Positions 34,754-44,024 of a stretch of 64,000 nt of DNA are shown piece by piece. How positions within the stretch are numbered: the first letter of the stretch is position 1; every line of letters begins with the position of its first letter. The stretch is from an uncultured Planctomycetaceae bacterium. Lineage in GTDB: Bacteria; Planctomycetota; Planctomycetia; Pirellulales; PALSA-1355. Under the pieces are notes generated by a model. The model saw only the letters and a list, made by a program, of their open reading frames with translations. It was not told the origin of the DNA and did no database searches. The position numbers and the translations under genes were made by a program. Location of the stretch: positions 192,001 through 256,000 of the forward strand of contig CAWAUV010000005.1 of NCBI GenBank assembly GCA_963785305.1. Direction: 5' to 3'.

Positions 34754-35022
34754 GGCTCTTCCGTTTGTAAGCGCGGGCGACGCCAAGGCGTATTGTGCTG
34801 GGCGGGATCGCGGAAGCCCTTGCCGACGTGTTCGGGTTAAGAGCCTATCCGACAACTCCCCCAGCTCCCTTTGGGTAGAGGGTAGGGCGAGGGCTCGCGG
34901 ACGTTCTCGGATAGGCCCTTAAGGCCAAACCCCATCCGATCACAACCCGAAGCGTCGGCGAGAGCATGCTCTGCCCAAAACGCGATTTTTCGTCGAACAA
35001 TGCCTTCGGTAACGGAAGAATC
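34754..35022. mobile_element. 269-bp MITE with ISL3-like ends and 8-bp target duplication
   Basis: GAAAAAGA duplicated at 34746-34753 and 35023-35030; ends GGCTCTTCCGTT / AACGGAAGAATC; removal restores the H-E-K-D-R-H-L frame of ynbC. Confidence 0.88.
34841..34918. mobile_element. 78-bp nested mini-element with 16-bp inverted ends, flanked by TTAA
   Basis: TTAA|GAGCCTATCCGACAAC ... GTTCTCGGATAGGCCC|TTAA (14/16 inverted match). Confidence 0.78.
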
Positions 35023-35980
35023 GAAAAAGATCGTCATTTGGTGGTCGACGAGGCGCGGCGTTTTATTGAGGAAGCGTTTGATCGGGATAAGAGCCGGCCG
35101 TCACTCCTCGATGCCGATCGCTATGGGTATACGCGTAACGAATATGATCGTCTCACCGAACCTCTGCCGTGGCATTCGCTTAAGGGGCTTGGCTTCCGCC
35201 TGCAAACGCTCGGCCTCAAGACGTTGGGCCGGTTGAGCCGCGGGGTTCGCCTTGGCTGGAGCTCCGGCTTCGATTCCGGCCGGACGCTCGACTATGTCTA
35301 CGAGAACCAGCCACATGGCGAACTCGGAATCGGCAAATTGATCGATCGTTCATATCTCAATAGCATTGGCTGGCGCGGCATTCGCCAGCGGCGGGTGAAT
35401 CTAGAAAAGCTGCTGCGCGAGGCGATTCGTTTGGTCCGGGCCGATGGTCAGCAAGCGCATGTGGTGGACATTGCCGCGGCGCAGGGCGCTACATTCTCGA
35501 AACGCTTCGTGCCTTGGGCGAAGAAGATCTATCGGCCCTGCTTCGCGACAATGTGGCGGCGAATCTTGAAGTCGGTCGGAGCCACGCCGGGAAGATGGGC
35601 CTCCGCAATGTCACTTTCCAACTCGGCGATGCTTTTGATGAAGCGTCTTTGGCTGCCATCCGGCCATCTCCGACCGTGGCCGTGGTCTCCGGACTCTATG
35701 AATTGTTCGGCGACAACGAGATGGTCGGGCGTTCGCTCCGAGGGCTGGCAGCGGCCGTGCCTCCTGGCGGTTGTCTCGTTTACACCGGTCAGCCTTGGCA
35801 CCCCCAGGTTGAGTTGATTGCCCGAGTGCTGATCAATCGCGTCGAACGCCCTTGGATCATGCGTCGTCGCACTCAGGAAGAAATGGACGATTTGGTGCGG
35901 GCCGCAGGGTTCCAGAAAATTGCGCAGGAGATCGACCAGTGGGGAATCTTCACGGTGTCCCTGGCCCGTCGCGTGGCCGA

Positions 35981-37303
35981 TTGATTTTCGAGGCGAGCGT
36001 TGCATCGATCCTGCTGTCCGGGCTGTTCCTGGTCGTCTACAGCGCCACGAATTGGTTCAGCTCGACGCGATCGCATGTCGGAACATGGTTCTACGATTGG
36101 GAACGCTACATTCCTTTCGTGCCGCTGATGGTCATTCCGTACATGTCGATCGACCTGTTCTTTGTCGCCGCGCCGTTCTTGTGCCGTGATCGCCGTGAGT
36201 TGGGGACCTTTTCACGCCGCATCACTTTGGCGATTCTCGCGGCTGGGTTTATTTTCCTGCTGATGCCGCTGAAGCTGGTTCGCGAACGCCCCGTGGTGGA
36301 CGGATGGATCGGCGCGACGTTTGGCTGGTTCTTCGCCGCGGATCTGCCTTACAACCTGTGCCCATCGCTTCATATTGCCTTGAGAACGATTTTGGCGGAG
36401 ACGTATGTGCGCCACACGCGAGGAATCTTCCATCTCGGGTCGCACTTGTGGTTCAGCCTGATCGGCGTTTCGACGCTGTTGACGTATCAACATCATGTGA
36501 TCGACGTCATGGGCGGCTTCGTGCTCGCGGCCATATGCTTCTATCTCGTGCCAGCAATGGTCCACCGACACGCCGTGACGCCGAATCCTAGAGTCGGTCT
36601 GTATTATCTCGCGACCTCGATGGTCGCGAGCGCCATCGCCATCGTCTTTTGGCCCCAAGGCGGCATTTGCATCTGGCCCGCCGCGGTCTGCCTGATGGTC
36701 GCCTGTGGCTATTTCGGCGTCGGTCCGGGAATCTACCGAAAAGTCGACGGCAAGTTGACCTTGAGCACTCGAATGCTAATGGCGCCGGCGCTACTCGGCC
36801 AGGAATTGTCGCTCATGGTTTACCGGCGGCAGTGTCGTGCCTGGGACGAAGCAGCGGCCGGCGTATGGATCGGTAGAAAACTCTCGAATCGCGAGGCGGC
36901 AGAGGCGGTCGGGCGGGGCGTGGCCGCGGTTTTGGACCTGACGGCCGAGTTCTCGGAAGCGACGCCCTTTTTATCGATACATTATCTGAATGTTCCCATC
37001 CTCGATCTTACAGCCCCCACGCCGGAGCAACTCCAGCAATGCGCGGAGTTCGTGTCCGAGCATGCGGCGCGCGGAGTGGTTTATGTTCACTGCAAGATCG
37101 GGTATTCACGCAGCGCGGCCGTGGTGGGGGCTTACCTCTTGGCGAGCGGGGCGGCTGCTACCGCTGGCGATGCGATGGCCCGGTTGCGAAGCGTTCGCCC
37201 CACGATCGTGATCCGTCCCGAGGCTGTCGGCGCGCTCGAGCGATTTGAAGTTACGATGTGCGAGGGCTCGAGCGTTCAAAGAGAACGGGTTACTATCGGA
37301 TAG
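35981..37303 (+). CDS. ynbD: PAP2-like membrane domain + dual-specificity phosphatase (YnbD-like)
   Basis: WERYIPFVP, DLPYNLCPSLH, TYQHHVID, VLDLTAEF, HCKIGYSRS (HCxxGxxR). Confidence 0.88.
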   Translation: MIFEASVASILLSGLFLVVYSATNWFSSTRSHVGTWFYDWERYIPFVPLMVIPYMSIDLFFVAAPFLCRDRRELGTFSRRITLAILAAGFIFLLMPLKLVRERPVVDGWIGATFGWFFAADLPYNLCPSLHIALRTILAETYVRHTRGIFHLGSHLWFSLIGVSTLLTYQHHVIDVMGGFVLAAICFYLVPAMVHRHAVTPNPRVGLYYLATSMVASAIAIVFWPQGGICIWPAAVCLMVACGYFGVGPGIYRKVDGKLTLSTRMLMAPALLGQELSLMVYRRQCRAWDEAAAGVWIGRKLSNREAAEAVGRGVAAVLDLTAEFSEATPFLSIHYLNVPILDLTAPTPEQLQQCAEFVSEHAARGVVYVHCKIGYSRSAAVVGAYLLASGAAATAGDAMARLRSVRPTIVIRPEAVGALERFEVTMCEGSSVQRERVTIG

Positions 37304-37315
37304 CCATGCCAAGCC

Positions 37316-37409
37316 GGGCGCGCCATGCCCACGCTCGCGTGGGCATGCGGCCTAATGGGCGCTGTTTCGATCGAAGCTCATGCCCACGACAAGCGTGGGC
37401 ATGGCGCCC
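37316..37409. repeat. Inverted pair of REP-like palindromes
   Basis: GCCATGCCCACGCTCGCGTGGGCATG and CATGCCCACGACAAGCGTGGGCATGGCGCCC; each is a hairpin and the two are inverted to each other. Confidence 0.8.
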
Positions 37410-37532
37410 AGCAAGTATCTCCCGTTCGAGAAGAGCCCCCGGCGGCGGACTGAGACGTTCATTCTGACGTCGGGTCGCTGGGTTCGCGGATCGATAATTT
37501 TCTCTCGTTGTGGCCGCGCTTGCTGGGGAGTG

Positions 37533-37546
37533 TGTTCGTATGTACA
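37533..37546. promoter_or_regulatory. Candidate LexA (SOS) box TGTTC-N4-GTACA
   Basis: TGTTCGTATGTACA ends 9 bp before the imuA ATG; one mismatch to the TGTTC-N4-GAACA LexA motif described for Verrucomicrobia. Confidence 0.6.
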
Positions 37547-37555
37547 CTTCACGGC

Positions 37556-38341
37556 ATGGAGCCCATGCGCCTCGAATTCGCGACTGTTCGTTCCGCGGTC
37601 TCGCTAGACGCGGAAAAGGCTGAAGCCGCGATCGCGGGCTTGGCGGCCGCGCGGGCGGATGTCCTCGTCGCGCTTGCCGAAAAAATCGGGCAGATCGAAG
37701 GACGGCGACCGCCCACGGCGCTCGAGCGGGTCTCCTCCGGTTCGGCGGCGCTCGATGCGATCTTGCCCGCCCGGGGACTGCGGCGGGGAACGCTTGTCGA
37801 GTGGCTGGCGGCTCGGGCCGGCGGCGGGGCGATCACTTGGGCCGTGGCCGCGGCGGCCCAGGCATGTCGGCAAGGCGGCGCCGTGGTGGTGGTCGATCGC
37901 TCGCAATCGTTTCATGCCCCGGCCGCCGCGGCGTGGGGAGTGAGGCTCGAGGCAATGATCGTGGTCCGGCCCGGCAGTCGAGCGGAAGAAACCTGGGCCT
38001 GCGATCAGATTTTGCGCTCGCCCGGCGTGGCGGCATTGCTGGCTTGGCCCGAGCGGCTCGACGACCGAACCTTTCGCCGCTTGCAACTAGCGGCTCAAGA
38101 GGGCGGCGTGTTGGGGCTTTTGGCGCGTCGGGCCGAAGTCCGCGCGACGCCTTCTTGGGCCGATCTGCGCTTGCTTGTCGAGCCGCTTGCCACGGCGCCG
38201 GGCAACGATTTAGCGAGCCCAGGCAAAGCTTTCACGAGCCCAGGCAAGGCGGCGGGGGGGCGGCGTTTTCGGATCGAAATCTTGCATGCTCGCGGAGGCG
38301 GCGCGGGACGCGCGGTCGAGGCGACGCTCCCCGATGGTTGA
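37556..38341 (+). CDS. imuA: ImuA-like RecA/SulA-family protein
   Basis: SSGSAALDAILPARGLRRGTLVEW, VVVDRSQSFHAPAAAAWGV, WACDQILRSPGVAAL, RRLQLAAQEGG. Confidence 0.85.
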   Translation: MEPMRLEFATVRSAVSLDAEKAEAAIAGLAAARADVLVALAEKIGQIEGRRPPTALERVSSGSAALDAILPARGLRRGTLVEWLAARAGGGAITWAVAAAAQACRQGGAVVVVDRSQSFHAPAAAAWGVRLEAMIVVRPGSRAEETWACDQILRSPGVAALLAWPERLDDRTFRRLQLAAQEGGVLGLLARRAEVRATPSWADLRLLVEPLATAPGNDLASPGKAFTSPGKAAGGRRFRIEILHARGGGAGRAVEATLPDG

Positions 38342-38367
38342 GCAAACGAGTCAGGCATTGCGATCTC

Positions 38368-40264
38368 ATGCGTTCTCCGCGATCTCTTTGCGTGTGGCTG
38401 CCGCGTTGGCCGCTTGAGCGGTTGGCGGTTGCTCGCCCGGAACTCGAGGGCGCGGTGCTCTTGTATGAACAGGCCTCGCGCGGCGGACTGCGAGTCGTGG
38501 CGTACGCGCCCGCTTTAAGGCGCCCCGGGCAAGCGGTGTCCCCCGCGATGAAGGCGCCCGCGGCCAACGACGACAGCGCTTCGCTGCCCGACCCCGGCGG
38601 CGCCGGCATTTATCCTGGCATGCCGCTCGCCGAGGCCCTGGCACTGCATGAACACACTTGCTGGCGCCGGGCCGAAAGTCACCGCGCGCGTCGCGGCAAG
38701 CGAAGCCCTTCCGATTCGCGGGCAGCCGCGGAGCAGCCAGCCGCCGACTCCTTCGCGGCCTCGCCAACAATTTTGTCCGCCAAGCTGCATGTCGAAGCGC
38801 ATGATCCGGTGGCCGATCGGCTCGCGCTGCGGCGCTCGCCCAGCGGTTGCAGCAGTTCAGCCCGCGCGTGGGGTTCGAGGAATCGCCGGCGCCCGAAAGT
38901 TTGTTGCTCGATATCGGCGGCTTGGCCGAATTGTTCGATGGCGAAGCTTCCTTGGCCCACCAGCTTTCGCGCTACTTGGCCGAGGCCGGCTATAGCAGTC
39001 GGCTGGCGATCGCCGACACGGCCGGCGCGGCGTGGGCCATGGCCCATCGCCAATCGTCGCGCGCGGCCGCCGAGCGCGTGGTGATTGTGCCGCCGGGCGA
39101 CGAGCGACGAGCGCTGGCGCCGTTGCCACTCGCCGCCTTGCGATTGTCGGCCGAGGTGATCGAAATGCTGACCGAACTCGGCATTCGCTCGATCGGCGCT
39201 CTCGCCGGCTTGCCTCGCGACGCGCTGCATGGCCGCTTCGGGCCGGAGCCGCTACGGCAATTGGATCGGGCCTGGGATGCGCGGGCCGATGTCGTGACGG
39301 CCGAAAAGCCCTGGGAACCGCTCGAGGTCGAGTGGCCGTTTGAGTTTCCCACCGATCGCCGCGCCACGATCGAAGCCGCCGTGGAGCGGCTGCTCGCTCG
39401 ATTGACCGACTCGCTCGCGGCCCAAAGCAAGGGCATCTTGCCGCATAGTGCTCCGCTTGGGCCGCTTGGGGGCGTCGCCGCTCGAGTTTGAAATCACGCT
39501 GTTTCGTCCCACGGCCTCGTCGCGACATGTGCTCGAATTGGCGCGGCTGCGGCTCGATGCGAGCGATGTGCGCCGCTCGCTCGCCACGCCGATCGAGAGC
39601 GTGCGCATCATGGTGCTGGCGGCCGAGCCGCTGCGGGTCGAGCAGCGATCGCTCTTCGAACCCGACGAAGCTCGCGAAGATTCGCGTCAATTGGCGGCCC
39701 TGGTCGATCGGCTCGCCAATCGCTTGGGTAGACACGCGGTGCTGCGGCCGGTGGCGCTGGCCGATGCCCAACCGGAACACGCTTGCCAATATCCGCCGCT
39801 CGACCGAATCGCGCGCGCGCCAGAGTCGCGGCGTTCGACCAGCGCTTTCGCCGGGGCCACGGTCTCCGACCGAATCGCGCATGCGCCAGAGTCGCGGCGC
39901 CCTCGCGCCAACGTCTCGAGAACCAGAGCCTCGCGCGCGGCCCGCGGAGGGCGAGCCGGCGGCGGCGCCCGAAACTCGCGCGGCGGCGCGGCCGGGCGCT
40001 CGGCCGCTACGATTGTTCGCGATATCGCGGCCGCTGGCGGCGCCGACGATCGCGGCCGACGGGGCGCCTCTGGAATTTGTCTTTCGCGGCGAGCACGAGC
40101 GGGTGGTGCGCGCGTGGGGGCCCGAGCGGATCGAGACCGGCTGGTGGCGGGGCCGCTGCTCGCGGCGCGATTATTATCGGGTCGAGACCGCGCGGGGCAG
40201 CCGTTTTTGGCTGTTTCGCCGCCACATTGATGGCCGCTGGTTTTTACACGGCGAATTTGCCTGA
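38368..40264 (+). CDS. imuB: ImuB, inactive Y-family DNA polymerase (several frameshifts)
   Basis: LCVWLPRWPLERL, GIYPGMPLAEA, FSPRVG, LAIADTAGAAWAMA, LPLAALRL, LVDRLANRLG, WGPERIETGWW...RDYYRVE...WFLHGEFA. Confidence 0.88.
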
Positions 40265-40318
40265 AAGGAGCCCAGGCCTCAAAACGACGCCCGCTCTCTC
40301 GGCGCCCTGTTGGATATT

Positions 40319-41812
40319 TCAACCGGCTGTCAGGGGTCGACCCAACATGCCGGGCCCGAAGAGTCGGCCTTGATATCGCCCGATGAGGACGCCGCACATT
40401 CCGCCGCGCTGGGCGACATTGACGACCTGCTTCTGGGAAGCGCGTCCCATGATGCTGAGCCCATATCGCGAGGGGGCAAACCCCAGCACGGTGTAAAACG
40501 GCTCGATCGCCACCCGGCCATCGGCGCCCACGATCGGAAACTCCGTGACCGGCAAGCTCGCCAGCCGCTGCACGACCCACGGCTCGGGATCGGCGAGCGC
40601 CGCTTCGACCGCCCGTTCCCAATCGGCTTGCGGCAGCCCATGGCCGATCACGATCCGGTCGCCGCCATAGGACCGATTCGGCTTGAGCACCAGCACTTCA
40701 TGCTGCCGCCGCACGAATCGCAACAGGTCGCCGGGCTCGCGGCCATCGGGCAGCGAGGTCTCGCGGTCGGACAGGATGCGCGTCCAGAGCACATGGCGTC
40801 GAAAAATCTGCCGCTCTTCGGCGGTGAAGTATTTTTGCGTAAAACGAAAATCGGTCAGCAGTTCCCAGCAGCTTTTGTGGTCGAAGTCGCCGGCCAGCGA
40901 CGACACGACGCGGTTGTCTTGAAACAATCGCTTGAGCGGCTCGATGTCGACGCCTTCCTCGGCCAGCCGCAAAAGATCGCGAACCTCATAATCGCGATAG
41001 GCGATGTCGATGCGGCAGCCTTCGTAGGTTACTTCGCCATCGACGAGGCTCAATTCCGAGGGATCGGCGTGCATCACATGCAGCCCATGCCGCTGGCGAT
41101 AGTAGTCGGCGAGCGTTTCTTGCTCCTCGGGGCCTTGGAATTCGTATTTCGGTTCGACAAAGCAGAGGTTCTGCCCCGAGCGGCCGATGGTTTGCAAGTG
41201 GTCGAGAATCTCTTGGAGCAGCACTTCGCGGAAGTCGAGCCCTAGTTCCATTTGCACCAGCGGGTCGGTCTCGACCAGCATTGGCAGCACCACTTCGGCC
41301 AGCATCTGATCGCACGCCGGACCGAGATGAATCCCGCCCACGCCGCACAAATTCGGCTCCATGAACTTGAGCGAGTCTTTCCACATCGGGCTCGTGAACT
41401 CAACCACGGCGTCGAGGCGCCCCAGCACCGGATTGGTTTCGCGATGGCTCGGCCCCCAGCAATCGCGGAGCCAGCGATCCTCGGCCTCGGCGAGCGGCAA
41501 AATCGCGCGCACCTCGGCGTCTTCGAGATACAGGTCCGGCAGCCGCTTGAGCGCGTTGAGAATCGTGAGCGAGACATGGTGCGCGTAGGAGAGTTGGTCG
41601 GGCATCACGCCCAGCGGACGGAGCATCACCCGCACCGTTTCCAGCTCGCCGTCGCGAAAGTAGAACAGCTTCCGCCGCTGGGCCGCTTCATCCATGCGGC
41701 GCTGCATGTCGGCCAGCACCGCGGGGGAGAGCGAATAGAATGCTTGGCGCAGCCGACTATCGAGGCCGAGCCCGCTCAGCCCCAATTCCTCGGCCGGTGT
41801 GAGCACGACCAT
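40319..41812 (-). CDS. Circularly permuted ATP-grasp / glutathionylspermidine-synthase-like amide ligase
   Basis: GRLDAVV, LKFMEPN..GVGG, DHKSCWELLTD, RHVLWTRIL, VLKPNRSYGGDRIVIG, WVVQR, VNVAQRGG. Confidence 0.75.
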   Translation of the reverse strand: MVVLTPAEELGLSGLGLDSRLRQAFYSLSPAVLADMQRRMDEAAQRRKLFYFRDGELETVRVMLRPLGVMPDQLSYAHHVSLTILNALKRLPDLYLEDAEVRAILPLAEAEDRWLRDCWGPSHRETNPVLGRLDAVVEFTSPMWKDSLKFMEPNLCGVGGIHLGPACDQMLAEVVLPMLVETDPLVQMELGLDFREVLLQEILDHLQTIGRSGQNLCFVEPKYEFQGPEEQETLADYYRQRHGLHVMHADPSELSLVDGEVTYEGCRIDIAYRDYEVRDLLRLAEEGVDIEPLKRLFQDNRVVSSLAGDFDHKSCWELLTDFRFTQKYFTAEERQIFRRHVLWTRILSDRETSLPDGREPGDLLRFVRRQHEVLVLKPNRSYGGDRIVIGHGLPQADWERAVEAALADPEPWVVQRLASLPVTEFPIVGADGRVAIEPFYTVLGFAPSRYGLSIMGRASQKQVVNVAQRGGMCGVLIGRYQGRLFGPGMLGRPLTAG

Positions 41813-41902
41813 GGCGTTTGCCTCCCTGCTCCCCGCGAGCCCCGCTCAAGGCGATGCATGCTGCTCGCCAGCGCGTTTTCCTGGCGAGTCTTGCCCGACC
41901 GA

Positions 41903-42763
41903 CTATTCCACGAATTCGGGCGTCACGAGCCGATCGATCACGCCGGCTTGGTAGCCGCGCGCGAGCAACTCGCCCACCGCTTGCCGCCCGCGCGGGCCGA
42001 AGTCGAGCGTCCAGTCGTTGACATACATGCCCACGAACTTATCGGCCTGAGACCGGTCGAGATCGCGACCGTAGCGCAGCGCGTGATCGAGCGCTTCGCC
42101 GCGATGCTCGAGGCCATAGCGAATGCTCTCGCCGAGCAGCCGATTCACGTCGCGAATCGTTTCGGGGCCCAAATCCTTGCGAACCGCGTTGGCGCCTAGC
42201 GGGAGCGGCAGGCCGGTTTCCTCGAGCCACCAGGCGCCGAGATCGACAATGAGCTTCAGATCGTGGTTGCCATAGGTGAGCTGGCCCTCGTGAATGATCA
42301 GGCCGGCGTCGACCGGAGTTCCGCGGTATTCGCCGGCCTCGACGATCGTGAGCAATTCGTCGAACGGCGCCACCACATGCTTGAAATCCCCGGCCAGCCA
42401 GAGCCGCAGCGCCAGAAACGCCGTCGTGAGCGTGCCCGGCACGGCGATCGTCTTGCCGCGCATCGACTCCCGGTCGCCAGCCTCGCGGGCCACGACCATC
42501 GGGCCATAGCCGTCGCCCATGCTCGCCCCGCAGGTGCAGAGAACGTATTTATCGGCCAAATAGGCGTAGGCGTGCAGACTCACGGCCGTGAGCTCCAGAT
42601 CGGCCGAAAACGCGCGGCGGTTGAGTGTCTCGATATCGACCAGTTCGTGCTCGAACCGGTAGCCGTGCGTGTCGATCGTGTGGTTGGCGAGCGCGTGAAA
42701 CATGAACGCATCGTCGGGATCGGGACTGTGTCCCACGCGGATCAATTGCTCGGTGACGACCAA
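41903..42763 (-). CDS. mqnD: 1,4-dihydroxy-6-naphthoate synthase (futalosine menaquinone pathway)
   Basis: AAGGAG RBS + TTG; GHSPDPDDAFMF, DIETLN, SMGDGYGP, AVPGTLTTA, IIHEGQLTY, LPLPLG, FVGMYVN. Confidence 0.92.
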   Translation of the reverse strand: MVVTEQLIRVGHSPDPDDAFMFHALANHTIDTHGYRFEHELVDIETLNRRAFSADLELTAVSLHAYAYLADKYVLCTCGASMGDGYGPMVVAREAGDRESMRGKTIAVPGTLTTAFLALRLWLAGDFKHVVAPFDELLTIVEAGEYRGTPVDAGLIIHEGQLTYGNHDLKLIVDLGAWWLEETGLPLPLGANAVRKDLGPETIRDVNRLLGESIRYGLEHRGEALDHALRYGRDLDRSQADKFVGMYVNDWTLDFGPRGRQAVGELLARGYQAGVIDRLVTPEFVE

Positions 42764-42886
42764 ACGCTGCTCCTTATGCGAAAACGGGCGAACTGGAAAC
42801 CGATGGGACCCGGCGGACGACGGAAATTGGTTCGTGGGGCACGGTCCATGGATTGACCCTATCATAAGATTTCGCCGCCCCAGACG

Positions 42887-43818
42887 TCAAACCACCGGCC
42901 GGGCGGAGCGCGAATGATCGAGCTCCTCGCGGGTCGGGAGCGAGGGCTGGGCGCCGAGGCGGGTCGTGGCGAGGGCCGCGGCGAAGCAGGCTTCGCGCAC
43001 CGCTTCAACCGGGGCCAGCCCGCGGGCTAGCGACACGGCGAGCGCCCGTTGAAGGCGTCGCCGGCGGCGGTCGTGTCGAGCGAGTTGACTTGCCGGCTCG
43101 CGATCAGGACATCGCCCTCGGTGGTTGAAAGCAGCGCGCCGCGAGCGCCGAGCGTGACAATCACATTCCGAGCGCCCGCTTCACGGAGCGCGGCGGCGGC
43201 GCGGCGGGCCGTTGCCTCATCGTGAACCGCAATGCCGGTCAGCGTCGCGGCTTCATGTTCATTGGGCGTGAGATAGGTCGATAGTCGAAGCAATTCGCTT
43301 TCCAGCGGCGCGGCCGGCGCGGGATCGAGAATCACGATTCGCCCCGCCTCGGACGCGATCCGCGCGGCCCGCAATACGGCGTCGCGCGGGATTTCAAGTT
43401 GCAGCAGCAGCGCGGCGGCTTCTCGAATCGCCGCCGCGGCCCGGTCGACATCGGCGGATCGCAAGTGGGCATTGGCGCCGGAACTGACGGCGATCGAGTT
43501 CTCGCCGGCGGCGTCGACCAGGATCATCGCCACTCCGGTCGCCAGCTCGGGCTCGCGCGTGACGTGAGCCGTGGCGATGCCTTCGCGGCGAAAGCCGTCG
43601 AGCGATTGATCGCCAAACGCGTCGGCGCCGACCTTGGCCACGAGCGACACGCGCGCCCCCAGCCGCGCCGCGGCCACGGCCTGATTGGCGCCCTTGCCGC
43701 CAGCGGCCATGGAAAATCGCCCGCCGAGCACCGTCTCGCCGGGCCTCGGCAAACGCGGACCTTGGAGAATCATGTCGACATTCACACTGCCGACCACGGC
43801 GATCAAGGGTGCTTGCAT
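42887..43818 (-). CDS. rbsK: Ribokinase (frameshift ~43045)
   Basis: VVGSVNVD, GGKGANQAVAAARLG, LLQLEIP, TPNEHEA, VTLGARG, DTTAAGDAFNG, ...GAQPSLP. Confidence 0.93.
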
Positions 43819-44024
43819 GATTCGATGCTTGCTTTCCGCGCCGGGGGCGCTGCGCAGGAACCCCGCGGCGACAGGAACCCTCCTGCCTAGATAACTCGCG
43901 CTGCCCAGATTGCACAACCGGCAAAATTATTTTAATCCCTACCCGTCGCCCGACCGAATGAATAGACCGACGACGGCGCGGGATCGTTTGCGCCGTCATT
44001 CGTTGTATGCGAGCACTGCAAGTC

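Larger units (their letters stand above)
33921..35984 (+). pseudogene. ynbC: Bifunctional alpha/beta hydrolase + class I SAM methyltransferase (YnbC-like), interrupted by a MITE, with additional frameshifts
   Basis: FHRGHEHSGR, WDARGHG, AQSVG nucleophile elbow, GMYHDLLHEK|DR; GFDSGRTLDYVY, IGWRGIRQR, VDIAA, VSGLYELF, YTGQPWHPQ. Confidence 0.85.
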
